Part shown: positions 26,342 through 39,427 of the stretch, piece by piece
How positions within the stretch are numbered: position 1 is the stretch's first letter
Layout: every line of letters starts with the position of its first letter
Assembly: GCA_951406725.2 (NCBI GenBank)
Contig: OX597823.1
Span: forward strand, 115,692,001-115,756,000
Direction of reading: 5' to 3'
Source: Octopus vulgaris
Taxonomy: Eukaryota
Length of the DNA: 64,000 nt
Program-made: the position numbers and the translations under genes
The notes under the pieces: model-generated
Seen by the model: the letters and a program-made list of their open reading frames with translations, nothing else
The model's database searches: none
What the model was told of the DNA's origin: nothing

Positions 26342-27060
26342 TACATGGTGCGTTCCAAAAGGTTTCAGATGTTTTCAAGAGAGAAGATTATTAATTTCAA
26401 AGAAATGCAAGACTCTAATTTCCTTCAGAGAAGAATCTTCTGACTTCAATGCACGTGTTGTAGTGCTCCAGCCACTTTATGAAGACCCCTTGGATTTTCT
26501 CTATGAAGTGAAAGTGTTCAGGACCCTTGTTACAGCCTCCTTCGTCTTCTCCTTTAGCTTGGAGAACAACCAAAAATCACAGGGAGCAATGTCTGGACAA
26601 TAGGGAGGGTGAGAGACGGTTTTGATACCCATCTTTATTAAGTTAATCAGATGGAATTGTGGACTGGGGCATTGTCCTGGATCTCTGGCATTTTGTGATG
26701 AAATCTCCTCAGGAACTCCCTAAAACACTTCACAAAGTACTCTTTGTTGACTGTTTGGTCAGAGTGAGCTCTGTGGATGTAGTTTTGATGCCCTTCTGCC
26801 ATAAAGGGGATCATTGTGTGCTTTTTAGTAGACTTGCTTCACCTGGCCTCTTGTGCCAACAAAAACAGGCTCAGCTTGTACAAGTGAATCTGGAGCATAC
26901 CATAAGTCTCTCCAGTATTTTTGCCTTGTTTAACACAAAGCTTCATTGCATAGTGAGCTTACAAATTGTCTTCACATCCCAACTGCATTCTGTAAACTAG
27001 TCAGCAGTGACTAGCAGTGTTTTGTAGGATGTGTTCAAAGTGCTGTTACAGCTGACTCCT
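26342..27060 (-). mobile_element. Degenerate mariner remnant
   Basis: The minus strand near 26555-26612 reads HPPYCPDIAPCDFWLFSKL (mariner YSPDLAPxD motif). TA + TIR-like end at 26342. Confidence 0.7.
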
Positions 27061-28650
27061 TCGATGTAGAATAACAATTTGTATCTTTACACATGGTGAT
27101 TGGGTTGTTACATAAGTATAGATCATAAGAAGGAAGGAAAGTGTATAGAAAAAAGTATATACATTTATATATATATACAAAAGGTTTCCATACAGTTTCC
27201 CTCTACCAAATTCATTCACAGGGCATTGACCAGCTTGGGGATATAGCAGAAGACACTTGTCCAAGGTGAACCTGAAGTCACTTGGTTGCAAAGAGAGGTT
27301 TTCACTCACACAGCCATGCAGGTGTCTACAGATGATTAAGATTAAAAAAAAAAAAAGTTAAAGGTGGAATCTATAAGAGAGGAAAACTAATTTAAAAATC
27401 AATTTAAAGTTGAAAAAAATATAGATTGCCCATTCCCTTTGCACAATGCAATTATTATGTTTTAAATGGGTTCATACAACATCTCTATTGGATATATACG
27501 ACAGCTTCTAACCTACTTACCTGTCATAGAATATACCCTGACTAAAATCTGATAAAGATCACGTGAATTTGGCAAGGAAATGAAGATGGCAATGATCTTA
27601 ATCCAATCAGGTCACTTATATAATGACTATAATCAATCAGTTAAGAAAATAACTGAAAGGTGTAGCTAGAAATTGGTTGGAATGTAAAAGGAAATACAAA
27701 TAAAAGATAATTTATTTTGAATCAGAGGAAACTGAAAAAAAATTTAGAGATATATTCAATGGTGTAAAATATCAATTTGTGAAAATCTATTACAATTTCG
27801 GCAAAAATAGATCTTGCTAAAGAAATAATAAGAATTATTTTTTTATTTTTTTTATTCTTTAACATATTTTGGTCATTGAACTGCAAACATGTTAAGGCAC
27901 CACATTGAAGTGTTTACTCAATCAAATTGAATCCAGTAGTAATTATCTTTTTAAGTCTGACAGTTATTCTATCAGCTTACTAAATTATAAGGACATAAAC
28001 AAACCAACGTTGGTTATCAAGTAGTTGAAGGGCAAACAGCAAGATTTACACATGTTTAGAATCACAGAACGGACTAAACAGAACAGGAGGAGACACATGG
28101 GATGGAGAATCACTGAAGAGGTCACAGGAGGTGTGACAAAAGATTTCAGACTAAGATACTAAAATAAACACAATAATAATAAAGCTGAAGTGAAGAACAA
28201 GTATATAGTACATGAGGTTGAATGGCAAAAGGGAAAAAAAAATGACCATCCCCGACTAGATACATAGATATGTATATAAAATTGCTTCTATAATGTTTCT
28301 GTCAACTAAGTTCACTCACAAGACATCGGTCAGCCCAGGGCTGTAGTAGAAAACTCTTGTTCAGTGTGTTGCACAGTGAAACAAAAGAACACAGTGGCAA
28401 AGAAAACTCCTTAACCACACAGCTACCCCTGCACCTATATGGGAAGGTCTTGTTCTTATATCATCTGAAACTAATTTTCTTCATGTGCAGTTTCATCTAC
28501 TGTTTAGTCCCCGTGCAATATACCCCTAACCTTCTGTTAAGGGTATATTACAGATATTGACAGTAAATTGTAGGTTTTGCGACATTTTTTAAAAGAGATA
28601 GTTACAACTGTTTTAGATCATTATGATTTTATTATACTATTATCATATAT

Positions 28651-28825
28651 AGGCAAGGTGTGGCTGTGCAGTAAGTAGCTTGCTTACAAACCACATGGTT
28701 CTGGGTTCAGTTCCACTGTGTGGCGCCTTGGGCAAGTGTCTTCTACTATAGCCTCGGGCTGACCAAAGTCTTGTGAGTGGATTTGGTAGACGGAAACTGA
28801 AAGAAGCCCGTCGTATATATATATG

Positions 28826-28858
<33 letters not shown>

Positions 28859-29092
28859 AGGTGTGTGTGTGTGCTTGTGTGTCTGTGTTTGTCCCCCCCA
28901 ACATCGCTTGACGACCGATGCTGGTGTGTTACGTCCCCGTAACTTGGCGGTTCGGCAAAAGAGACTGATAGAATCGGTACTAGGCTTACAAAGAATAAGT
29001 CCTGGGGTCGATTGGCTCGACTAAAGGTGGTGCTCCAGCATGGCCACAGTCAAAGGACTGAAACAAGTAAAAGAGGAAAGAGTAAAAAGAGT
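28651..29092 (+). mobile_element. SINE family A copy
   Basis: Colinear with 1262-1672. Confidence 0.88.
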
Positions 29093-29267
29093 ACATATAT
29101 ATATATATATATATACCAGAGTAAGCACATAGATGTAACATGAGGTGGAAGAAATAAGTATTGGAATAGCAGAGGTAGGGTAATGTGCTCTGTTAATAGA
29201 GCTGCAATGACATCACAAAAGCTGTTACTCAGAGTTTCACGTTCCCGTTCATTGGACATTCCCAATC

Positions 29268-29313
29268 AAAACTGTCTGATGAACAGGAACGTGAAACTCA
29301 GAGTAACAGTTTT
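29268..29313 (+). ncRNA. Type I hammerhead ribozyme motif (Penelope-associated minimal type)
   Basis: AAAACTGT-CTGATGA-ACAGGAACGT-GAAA-CTC-A-GAG-TA-ACAGTTTT: perfect 8-bp stem I, complete CUGAUGA/GAAA/UH core, short stem II, near-palindromic stem III, GUA cleavage triplet. Confidence 0.72.
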
Positions 29314-29411
29314 TGTGATACCTTTGCAACTTTATTAATGAAGTGTATATATATATATATATATATATATGTACATATGTGTGTGTGTATATAAATATAT
29401 ATATGTACATA

Positions 29412-29456
<45 letters not shown>

Positions 29457-31274
29457 GTGTATATATATGTATATATATGTGTATATATATATATGTGTAT
29501 TTATATATATATGTATATATGTGTGTGTATATATATATGTATATATATGTGTGTATGTATATGTATGTGTATATATATGTATATATATGTATATATGTGT
29601 GTGTATATATATATATATATATATAAATACAAAATGGGACAACAAAACATCCAGATAGACGATACAAAGAAAACATGGACAGGTCATTTGAAGTTTTCTT
29701 TCCTCAGTCAAGTACCAGATTATCTCCGCAATTTTGGTTGATTATATGTAGGACATCATTGCTCTTGCCTCCCGACATATTTTCTCTTCTACTATTTTCT
29801 TCTCTTCTATTTATTCTGTATCCTTTCAAAACTTCTCCCAGATGTTACCCATTGCAGTGCATCTTGGCCTGACAGCCCTTATTATTTGTCTTCATTCATT
29901 GTTTACTCTGTTGCTGTTTGTTCATTCAAAGCCCTTAACTGCGTGTTTTGTGCTCATTGTTAATGTCCTGTTCTTATTGTGTGTATTTTACGATATATTA
30001 TCCTGTACTTGTTTCTCATGTGCTTACATGTCTTCTGCTCGGTGGTGGTGTCCTGTACTTAATGTGTATTCTTTATTTATATACATACACACATATATGC
30101 ATACATACATGCGCTTCGACCCTGTGATGTCACACATACTTTTCTCAGACTGTTCTTTTCCTTCTTTTCCTCTTCCCTCTTTCTGATGAAGACCCGTGTT
30201 CAAACCGTCACGCCCCCCCCCCAGCCTCCTCTGTTTTCCATCTTAAACTGAGTGTCAAACTAATATATTCACTGTGTATGTTCTTTTGACTTTTGTTTTT
30301 TTTCTTATATTTTTGATTTACCTATGTTTATATATATATATAAATGGGAATATACCTTTCTGTATGCTTGTCCTCCACACCACTTGACAACCAGAGTTGG
30401 TTTGTTTACATCCTCATAGCGTAACAGCTGGCCAGAAGAGATCAATAGAACAAGTGCCACGCTTGAAAAGCGAAATAAGTACTGGGGTGAATTTGGTCAA
30501 CCAAAACCCTTCAAGATGGAGCACCAGCATGGTCACGGTCCAATGACTGACACAAGTAAACAAAGATAAAAGAAAACCTCCTTTATTCTAATATTGTTGG
30601 GTTTCTTGTTTGTGCACGTGCATGCTTGGTGATTCGGGTGTTGGAATTCACAATGGCAAATTCCTGTCTCCACCAATCTTTTATTCTTGAGCAAAGACAT
30701 TCATATTACATTGCTCAAGTCATTTCAACTGTAATGATTCCCAGCCTCACTCTGATGCAGTTCTCTCTTTCTTTCTCATTCACTCTGTCTGTCTCTCTCT
30801 CTTTATCCCCCTCTCTGTCCGTCTCTCTCTCTCTCTCTCTCTCCAGCTGTCCCATCCTGAGTGTTCTACTTTAAGAGAAGGAGGTCTAAGAGGGTGTCAG
30901 AGTCTGTTCGCAACTAAATTGGTGCCTCAACAGCTAGCAGAAACATGGTACATGTTACCTGGTCATTCACACTTGCAAGGGATGGCTGTTGTTTTTACTG
31001 TCAGAGGGGGTGGGTAGATTTGTAATATTTTGGCAAAATGGTATCCTACTGCTTGCTTCCAATTCTTAACTGGATTGACTCTATTGTAGTATAAAATCCA
31101 TTTGTAGGACAGTTTTGTTAACAAAATTGTCCAACGAATGGGAATGTGAAACTCTGAGTAATTTCTTTTGTTATATTTCTGCTGCTTTTAGATAAAGCAT
31201 ATTACTCTACCTCTGGTATTTGAGTACTCTTTTTACCAACTTGTTTCACATTTATGTGCTTACTCCAGTATGTG

Positions 31275-31326
<52 letters not shown>

Positions 31327-31330
31327 GAAT

Positions 31331-31521
31331 AATTTAGCATTTTCTACCTTGTCCTATTTTTCTTATACATATCAACTCGTGTGTTACTTTTCAACCTTCT
31401 ACATATATATAAATTAGTGTGTGTATAATCAATTTGGGCAACTGGGTGCAATATAAATTGTATAGGCAAAATTTAGTCACCACTAATTGTGACACCCAGT
31501 TGCCCAAATTATTATATACAA

Positions 31522-31555
<34 letters not shown>

Positions 31556-31632
31556 TATATGTAGAAGGTTGAAAAGTAACACATGAGTTGATATGTATAA
31601 GAAAAATAGGACAAGGTAGAAAATGCTAAAAT
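31331..31632. repeat. Nested inverted repeat (foldback/MITE-like)
   Basis: ~75-bp near-perfect arms at 31331-31406 and 31557-31632, with an inner inverted pair AATTTGGGCAACTGGGTG / CACCCAGTTGCCCAAATT. Confidence 0.85.
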
Positions 31633-33278
31633 AATTTAAATATATATATATATATATATGTAAGCCCATATGTTGCTAGAAATAAGAGTTAAACCACTTA
31701 TAGTTGCATAGAAGCACATTTATATATACTGACAGGGTAGATAACTGCCCCATGAGTGAAGCAAAGCGAGAACATTGGACTGCACTGTTTCATCCTAATA
31801 GGAATTGTCAACGGTGTGTCTCCATTGTTTCCATGTAGGTATGTATATGTAAATATGTATGTGTGTGTATGTGTTTGTGTGTTTGTATGTGTATGTATGT
31901 GTGTACATATGTATGTATGTGTGTATATGTAAATATGTATGTGTGTGTATGTGTTTGTGTGTTTGTATGGATGGATGTATGTATGTATGTATGTATGTAT
32001 GTATGTATGTATGTATGTATGTATGTATGTGAGTGTATGTATGTATGTATATATGTAAAGAGTGAAAGTGGTTTAAGATGAAAATTGTATTTTAGTTTGG
32101 TTGTTTTCCCCCTTGGTTAGAATTTTCCTAAGGACGAGAATGCAATGTTTTATAGTTCTTTGGTTGGAATGGACTTGGATTGCTTTCGATTTAATTCCTT
32201 TCCAGTCTTCCTGCTCCTCTGGTTCCCCTGTTGTTTTCGCAATCTTCTCATAGAATCAACACTCATTACATCTGTGATAACTCCATCAGTAAAATCTAAC
32301 ACATAATTGGTATCAGAGTTGTTATATCCTTGTATCATTTCTCGCGATATCATTAACTTCACTCACTGCTATATATAACTTGTCCCCTTTTTAGTATCCC
32401 TTAATAGTGATAATCTTCTTCCTTGCATCTTCAACTTCCCTTAATCCCTTCATATTCCTCCTCTTATATCTCTTAAACATTCTCAAACTTGTAATCCATA
32501 GACATCAGTTCCTTTCCTTTTTCTCACTCTTTCCTTAATGCTGTCTATTTTTCTGTCTTACAGATTTTAAATTTCTTATTCATCCTCATCATCATCACCA
32601 CTACCACCACTATCATCATCATCATCATCAGCAGCACGTCAGTTGTCATTCTCATCATCATCGTATCACCGTTATTATTCTAAATAAATGTGCTCACCAT
32701 TTCTCTGTTCCTCAGCATTATTATTCTTATTTTTATTACTAATATTTTCAATCCATTCTTTGTTTCTATTGAAATCTTCTTGCAGCAAGTTGTAAGGTTT
32801 CCTTTCACTACAAAGGCTGCTGCTGTACCTTAGGAGATTATGTTTTCAAACTGAACAAATACCATTATTGCATTTGAGGAGGCACAACCTTTAGGGAATT
32901 TGCCAGCCAAAGATAATAACTCTTCCATATTCTTTACACAAAGAAATGAGCCTTTACTTGATTGATGAATCAGCTAAAAATAGCAGCCAAATCTCCCTCA
33001 CATAACAACCTACTGCTGTGAAAAGCGAAAGGAAGGTCACATTAGCTAATGTATGGTCTTAGATTCATTGTATCTGAAAGCAAAAAGAGAGGATGGCATG
33101 ACTGGCATGTCTTTGGCTATAGAACTAACATGCTCAGAGATGAGCCGGGGTTAAGCAAAACATCTTCTGTTACATAGTGCCCTGCCTAAAAGGACTTGTT
33201 TTTATTTTGACTTGACCTGACTTTACCAAGCAAATGGATAAGTTGTAAAAATCTTTTGAAACGTTATAAAAGCATTAA

Positions 33279-33480
33279 ACCTTTCATTACTATATTTCTG
33301 TTGAGATGCTCTGTGTTTCTTTCAATTAATTTTAAATTTAACAAAGAATTTAGTAAAATAGCTTAATTATTATTAAGCTTGTGTTAGGAACATAAATCAT
33401 AACAAAGGTTTGGTGGAAGAGTTTTATTCAAAACTTATGGAAACAAGACATTTGTACTCAGAGCCAGGGCTGGTATCTTA
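33279..33480. mobile_element. TTAA MITE copy, right end replaced by a SINE
   Basis: Same core sequence as 8214 and 15607, abutting a SINE head at ~33485. Confidence 0.7.
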
Positions 33481-33484
33481 AGAT

Positions 33485-35139
33485 AGGCGGTGAGCTGGCA
33501 GAAACATTAGCAAGCCTAGTGAAATGCTTAGCGGTATTTCGTCTGCTGCTATGTTCTGAGTTCAAATTCCGCCGAGGCCAACTTTACCTTTCATCCTTTC
33601 AGGGTCGATTAAATAAGTACCAGTTATGCACTGGGGTCGATATAAATGACTTGATCTATTTGTCTGTCCTTGTTTGTCCTCTCTGTGTTTAGCTCCTTGT
33701 GGGTAGTAAAGAAATTGGTATCTAAAGGGTTTATATAATGTTTGATAATTAAATGATTTACAATTTTCTTCTTTCCCCTTTTCATTCAATGCCCTTGATT
33801 ATTGCTGTTGATGACTTTTTTGACCAACAGGATGAAAGCTAATAATCCTGCCAGCAGTGAGCTGGCAGAATGATTAGGAAGTTGGGCAAAATGCTTAGAG
33901 GCATCTCATGTCTTTACGTTTTGAGTTCAAATTCTGCCAAGGCTCACTTTGTCTTCCATCCTTTCGGGGTCAGTAAAATAAGTATCAGTTGAGCACTGGG
34001 GTCATTGCAATCAACTTACCCCACCTCCCCAGAAATACTTTTCTGCTCTAGGCACAACACCTGAAATTTGGGGGAAGGGGCCTAGTCAATTAGATTGACC
34101 CCAGTATGCAACTGGTACTTAATTTATTGACCCTGAAAGGATGAAAAGCAAAGTCAACCATGGTGGAATTTGAACTCAGAACATAAAGACAGACAAAATA
34201 CTGCTAACATTTCTTATTACTTTATTGCACATAAAGGGCTAAACATAGAGGGGACAAACAAAGACAGACAAAGGGATTAAGCTGATTATATTGATCCCAG
34301 TGCATAACTGGTACTTAATTTATCGACCCCGAAAGGATGAAAAGCAAAGTCGACCACGGCGGAATTTGAACTCAGGTCGCAAAGACAGACGAAATACCTG
34401 TTTCTTTATTGCCCACAAGGGGCTAAACATAGAGAGGACAAACAAGGACAGACAGACGGATTAAGTCGATTACATCGACCCCAGTGTGTAACTGGTACTT
34501 AACTTATCGACCCCAAAAGGATGAAAGGCAAAGTTGACCTCAGCAGAATTTGAACTCAGAACGTAATGGCAGACGAAATACGGCTATGCATTTTGCCTAG
34601 TATGCTAACATTTCTGCCAGCTCACCACCTTCCCCATCTCCCCAGAAATTGCTGGCTTTATGCCAAAATTTGAAAATATTATTATTATTATTACTACTAC
34701 AAAGGTAGTGATCTTGCAGAACCATTAGCATGCCAGGTAAAATTCTTGGTGGCATTTTGTCCATTTTTGCATTCCAAGTTCAAATTCTGCCAGAACCAAC
34801 TGTATCTTTCATTCTTTCTTTTGGGGTTAATAAAACAAGTACCAGTTGAGTACTGGAGTTGATATAATAAATTTATCCCTTACCCCAAAATTGCTGGCCT
34901 TACGCCAGAATTTTAAACCATTATTATAATCAGGAAGGTTGGCAGAATCATTAGAATGCCAAGAAAAATGCTTGGTGGCATTCTGTCTGTCTTTATATTC
35001 TGAGTTCAAATTCCACTGAGGTTGACTTTGTTTCTCGTCTTTTCAGTGTCGATAAGATAAGTACCAGTTTAACACTGGGTTGATATAATTGATGTACCCA
35101 CTACCCTCAAATTGCTGGCCTTGTACCAAAATTTGAAAC

Positions 35140-35140
<1 letters not shown>
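33485..35140. mobile_element. Dense cluster of SINE family B copies in alternating orientation
   Basis: + 33485-33720, + 33855-34030, - 34035-34630 (tandem), + 34700-34920, + 34930-35140. Confidence 0.85.
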
Positions 35141-35203
<63 letters not shown>

Positions 35204-35227
35204 GTTATTATTATTATTATTATTACT

Positions 35228-35958
35228 TTTTTTTTTCTTCTTTCAAATTTTCTTCCATTTCTTGCCGAGTGTCTTCCCGACTCCTAGGGCAAAGAAACTC
35301 ATAGTGTATATTGGTAGGCCATTAAACCAAACTCAGTAGTTCGTTCATTTTTTTTTTTTTTTTTTTAAAGTTAAATTAAAATACATGAGCAGCAACAGTT
35401 CTCACATCGACAATGCTCTTCTCAATACATGTGATGTACCAGTTAAGACAATCTTTTGCACTTCTTGCAGGGATGGTAAGCCAGGGATCATTCTCATATA
35501 ATTTTCGGTTCCCTTCTTGATCATTCCTAGTGCTCCTACGATCACTGGTATTGTAACCGCCTTGAGATGCCACATTTTCTCAATTTCAATGAGTAGGTCT
35601 TTATATTTTCTGAGCTTGTCAAACTCTTTCGCTGAGATATTATGATCATAGGGGATGCTCATGTCGATCAATAAGCAAACTTTATTGTTTTGGTCTTTCA
35701 CAACAATATCTGGTTTATTGGCCTTGATGGTTCGGTCTGTATGTACTGGAAAGTCCCACAGAATGGTTACATTTTCTCCTTCAGTTACAGCCTCAGGGTG
35801 GTGATTATACCACTTGTCGGCAGTTTTGATATTGTAATGCCGACTTATTAGCCAGTGGAGATATTGGCCAACTCTGTCATGTCTTAATTTATACTCCACT
35901 GGTGCTAAGACTTTACATCCAGAGATTAGGTGGTCCACTGTTTCAATCATATCGTTGC
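35228..35958 (-). mobile_element. 5'-truncated R4/Dong-clade non-LTR retrotransposon (restriction-like endonuclease domain)
   Basis: Open 182-aa ORF at 35402-35950: ETVDHLISGC, RHDRV, WD, KPDIVV, LIDMSIP, K..KY..L, V.VGALG. The 3' UTR runs into (AAT)n on the sense strand, and the 5' end also abuts (AAT)n. Confidence 0.88.
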
Positions 35959-36414
35959 TATTATTATCATCATTATTATTATTATTATTATTATTAAGGC
36001 AGTGAGTTGGCAGAATTGTTAGTATGCAAAATGCTTAGCGGCGTTTTGTCTGCCCTTACGTTCTGAGTTCAAATTGTGTTGAGGTCAATTTGCCTTTCAT
36101 TCTTTCAGGGTCGATATATTAAATACCAGTGAAACACTGGAGTCGATGTAATTGACTAGTACCCTTCCCCCAAAATTTCAGGCCTTGTGCCTTTAGTAGA
36201 AAGGATTATTGTTATTATTATTATTACAAAGTTGGTGAACTGACAGCATGCCAGACAAGATGCTTGACTGCATTTCTTTTAGCTTTACATTCTGAATCCA
36301 AGAGCCACTAGGGCCAACTGTGTCTTTTAGGGGACCAAGAAAATAAGTACCAGTTTAGTACAGGTATCAATCAAATCAACTAACATCTTTAACCCCCAAA
36401 TTTTCAGGCCTTAC

Positions 36415-36890
36415 TGACAGGTGACGGTCATTTAGAGAATCCGTGGGCTAAGACTATGCGCCTTCATTGGTCAGTTAAAGTTGAGACAGTGTCATGTGAC
36501 AACTTGCTGGGGTTGCCTGCTGGAGCCTAGCAGCAGGTATTTAAAGGAAAAAATTTGATAAGTCAGTAAGTTGTCCACTGACACTCGTTGGCGCTACATC
36601 GAAGAGGCCAGGGAACAGAAGAGAGAAGAAGAAAGAAGACATGCACCCAACACCAGAGCTGAAGACACCTCCGAAAGGGGTGGGCGCCACGTCAAAACGG
36701 TAGAGGAGTAGGGGCCGAAACCGGACGTGGTTCCTCCTGATGATGTCTTGAGCTAACTGGATCCTATATAGGAGCTGTTGTGGTAGCAGACCACGAAACA
36801 CGGTTGAAATTCCTTACTGTTAAATTGGCATATCGTGAGAGAACAATAACAGCAGAGGTACAAAACCTGAAATAAACAACCATATACACC
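36415..36890 (+). mobile_element. Possible solo LTR-like segment
   Basis: GC-richer block starting TG that interrupts a SINE tail, with TATTTAAA (~36538) and AATAAA (~36871). No convincing TSD. Confidence 0.3.
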
Positions 36891-37059
36891 TTAATGTTTG
36901 ACATCTAGATGTATTTGCTGACCATACTCCATGAAGGTGAATTACAATGTCTATGTCAGGTAATTCAAATTAAGAACATGTAGGGTTTCTTAGCTTTAGT
37001 TCCCCAACATTAAATAGATTTCTTTATTTATCTATAAAAAAGGTTTACTTAGAGGGGAC

Positions 37060-37520
37060 GTTACAAGGACAGACAAGGGACATGTAGAGTACAGACACAC
37101 TTCACGAAGGATGCAGAGTCCGAGCTAGGATACGTGCAATGGGCCATGAAGGTATCAATGCTGCTAGATGGGCTCGCTCGGAAGAAACCCAACGTGGCAT
37201 CGATGCCATTATTGGGTCTTTGGCAGATGAGAACAGACAGGAGATCCAAGGTCAAGATGAGATATGTGAGGTCTTTCACAAGCACCTTGCCGCGTTGTTC
37301 AGGAAGGGCGGGACGCTGGACCACGGAGACACCTTACAGCGTTTTCTGGCCAGCGGCCCGTGTCTTTTGGCTCGCGATGCTGAGCACTGTGAAAGACCAA
37401 TCACAGCCGAGGAGAAGTACTTTCTGAGTGCCCTGGGGATAAGGCACCAGGTCTGGATGGTCTACCTTACAAATTTTATAGTAGTATGCCAGACTTGTTC
37501 GGGAACGTACTGGCCCCAAC
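37060..37520 (+). mobile_element. Tx1/L1-like ORF2 fragment (linker upstream of RT)
   Basis: EICEVFHKHLAALF..ERPITAEE, then in a shifted frame DKAPGLDGLPYKFY (the KxPGxDG motif preceding non-LTR RT). GC-richer than the flanks. Confidence 0.72.
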
Positions 37521-37609
37521 ATTAAATACTTCATTTAATCTGGTTCTCTACCAGATCTATAAGAAACATTAAATGCAAATTCTATGTAAGATTAAATTGC
37601 AGGGTATTA

Positions 37610-38045
37610 TTCTATGTCCACATAGTATTCAGGATATGTATGTGTTATCTCTGAAATCTTGATAGTGTCTCTGATGTCCATGTAGAGTTTTTGATGTCCA
37701 TCTAGTGCATGTGATGTCTATATAGTGTCTAAGATATCCATGTAGCATTTGTGATGTCCATGTGTTTTCTGTGATATTCATGTAGTGTTTGTGTTAACCA
37801 TGTAGTGTCTATGTCTGTTATGATGACGTGTCTGTGTTGGCCATATCATATTTATGATATCCACTGTAATGCCTATTATGTTAATTCACATGTAGTATCT
37901 GCAATATTCAAGTCCTGTCTGTGATTTCCATTTACTATCTAGCATCCGTTTACCATGTAGCATCTATGATATCCATGTAGTGCCTCTGATGCTCATATGC
38001 TGCTGATAATGACCATGTAGCATCTATAATGTCTATATGATACCT
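37610..38045. repeat. Degenerate minisatellite, ~20-bp unit
   Basis: Recurrent GAT(G/A)TCCATGTAG. Confidence 0.75.
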
Positions 38046-39427
38046 ATTTCTTGGATTTACAATCCAGTATACAAAAAAAATATTCAGGTCAGTAATAACA
38101 TAGAAATATTATTTCAAATATCAAAACAACTATTTAAAGAAAACCTTTGGTAGATTATCAGGAAGTAATTTATCACTTAGAAAAGAATTTCAGCAGCATA
38201 ATCTCAAAGTTACGTTTCATACAAAAAGCTGAATAATTATGCAAACAACAAAATCTTTTGTTTAAGAAAATTTGCCTTTCGGAATTAAGCTGACGAATCA
38301 AAACAAAACAGAAATTTGCAAATGTTGTACAGTCTCATTTTCACTGAGTTTAGCAAGAAAATTACGACTCAGGACTGTAAATAAAAATGCCTGAATAATA
38401 GGAAAAAACCTATGTCAAAAACTGCTTCTTGACAATGAATTATTGAACTTGTGTAAAGATTCAAATGAAGAGAAAAACAAAGATATTGATGAGAACATGA
38501 AAAGTGAAAATTCCAAATGTAACTGGCGTGAATTTACTGGATCAAGTTTGCAAATTATAGAGGTAAAATGTGAAAAGAAAAACAGTTGTTATCTTTTTAG
38601 AAATTGGGGAAAAAATGAGAATTGTTTTTAAGCTACAGGAAGCAATTTAAAAAGGAATGCACTTTTGAAACCAATTCTTACAGAAAGCCAAGAGTAAGAA
38701 AAGCTATGTTGAAGCCTTCCAATAAAATTATCCCAAAGCCACAATTACCAAAAATAAAGAAACAGGCTAAAGTTAGATGTAGCTTTTGATTATAAGAGAA
38801 CTCGGCTTCTTCAGGGATATCCATCACCTTCCAGATATAGAGATAGATGAGCAAATAAGAAATCGAATATTAGAAGAAATAGATTTTAAAAGTTGGAGGG
38901 TCACATGCAATTTTATGCATAATCAAAGGGGTAGATCAACAAGTAGGAATGTTAACTTTAGAAGAAACAGATTCCAAAATAAAAGGAAATAGAAGCTGAG
39001 GACTCTTAATCAATTTTCAGATCAAAACCTGGAATCACATTGGCATAAGATGGATCCCACTCCTGAGAAACCATAAATAATCCAACTATCACAACAAGGA
39101 ATTAACATCGATGCAAATAGATGTTACCTTTATTCTGTAAAGGACATGAATTCACACCAACTCTTCAAAAATTTAGTATTCTAGAAATTACAGATGATAT
39201 TTTGGAAATCCGTAGAAGACAAGCAGAATAACAACATTTTAAGTTTTTCCTTTTGTGGTAGTATTCACTTTTGTGAGTTCTGCTCTGAAAAAGATAGAAT
39301 TAAGGAATTTTGTGAACATATTTTGAAAATTCTATTTAGAACAACAGAAATGGGACAAACAAAATCCAAATTCACTGCATAACGATGAACACACCTGACT
39401 GAGATTCAAAATTGGATGAATATTTAA

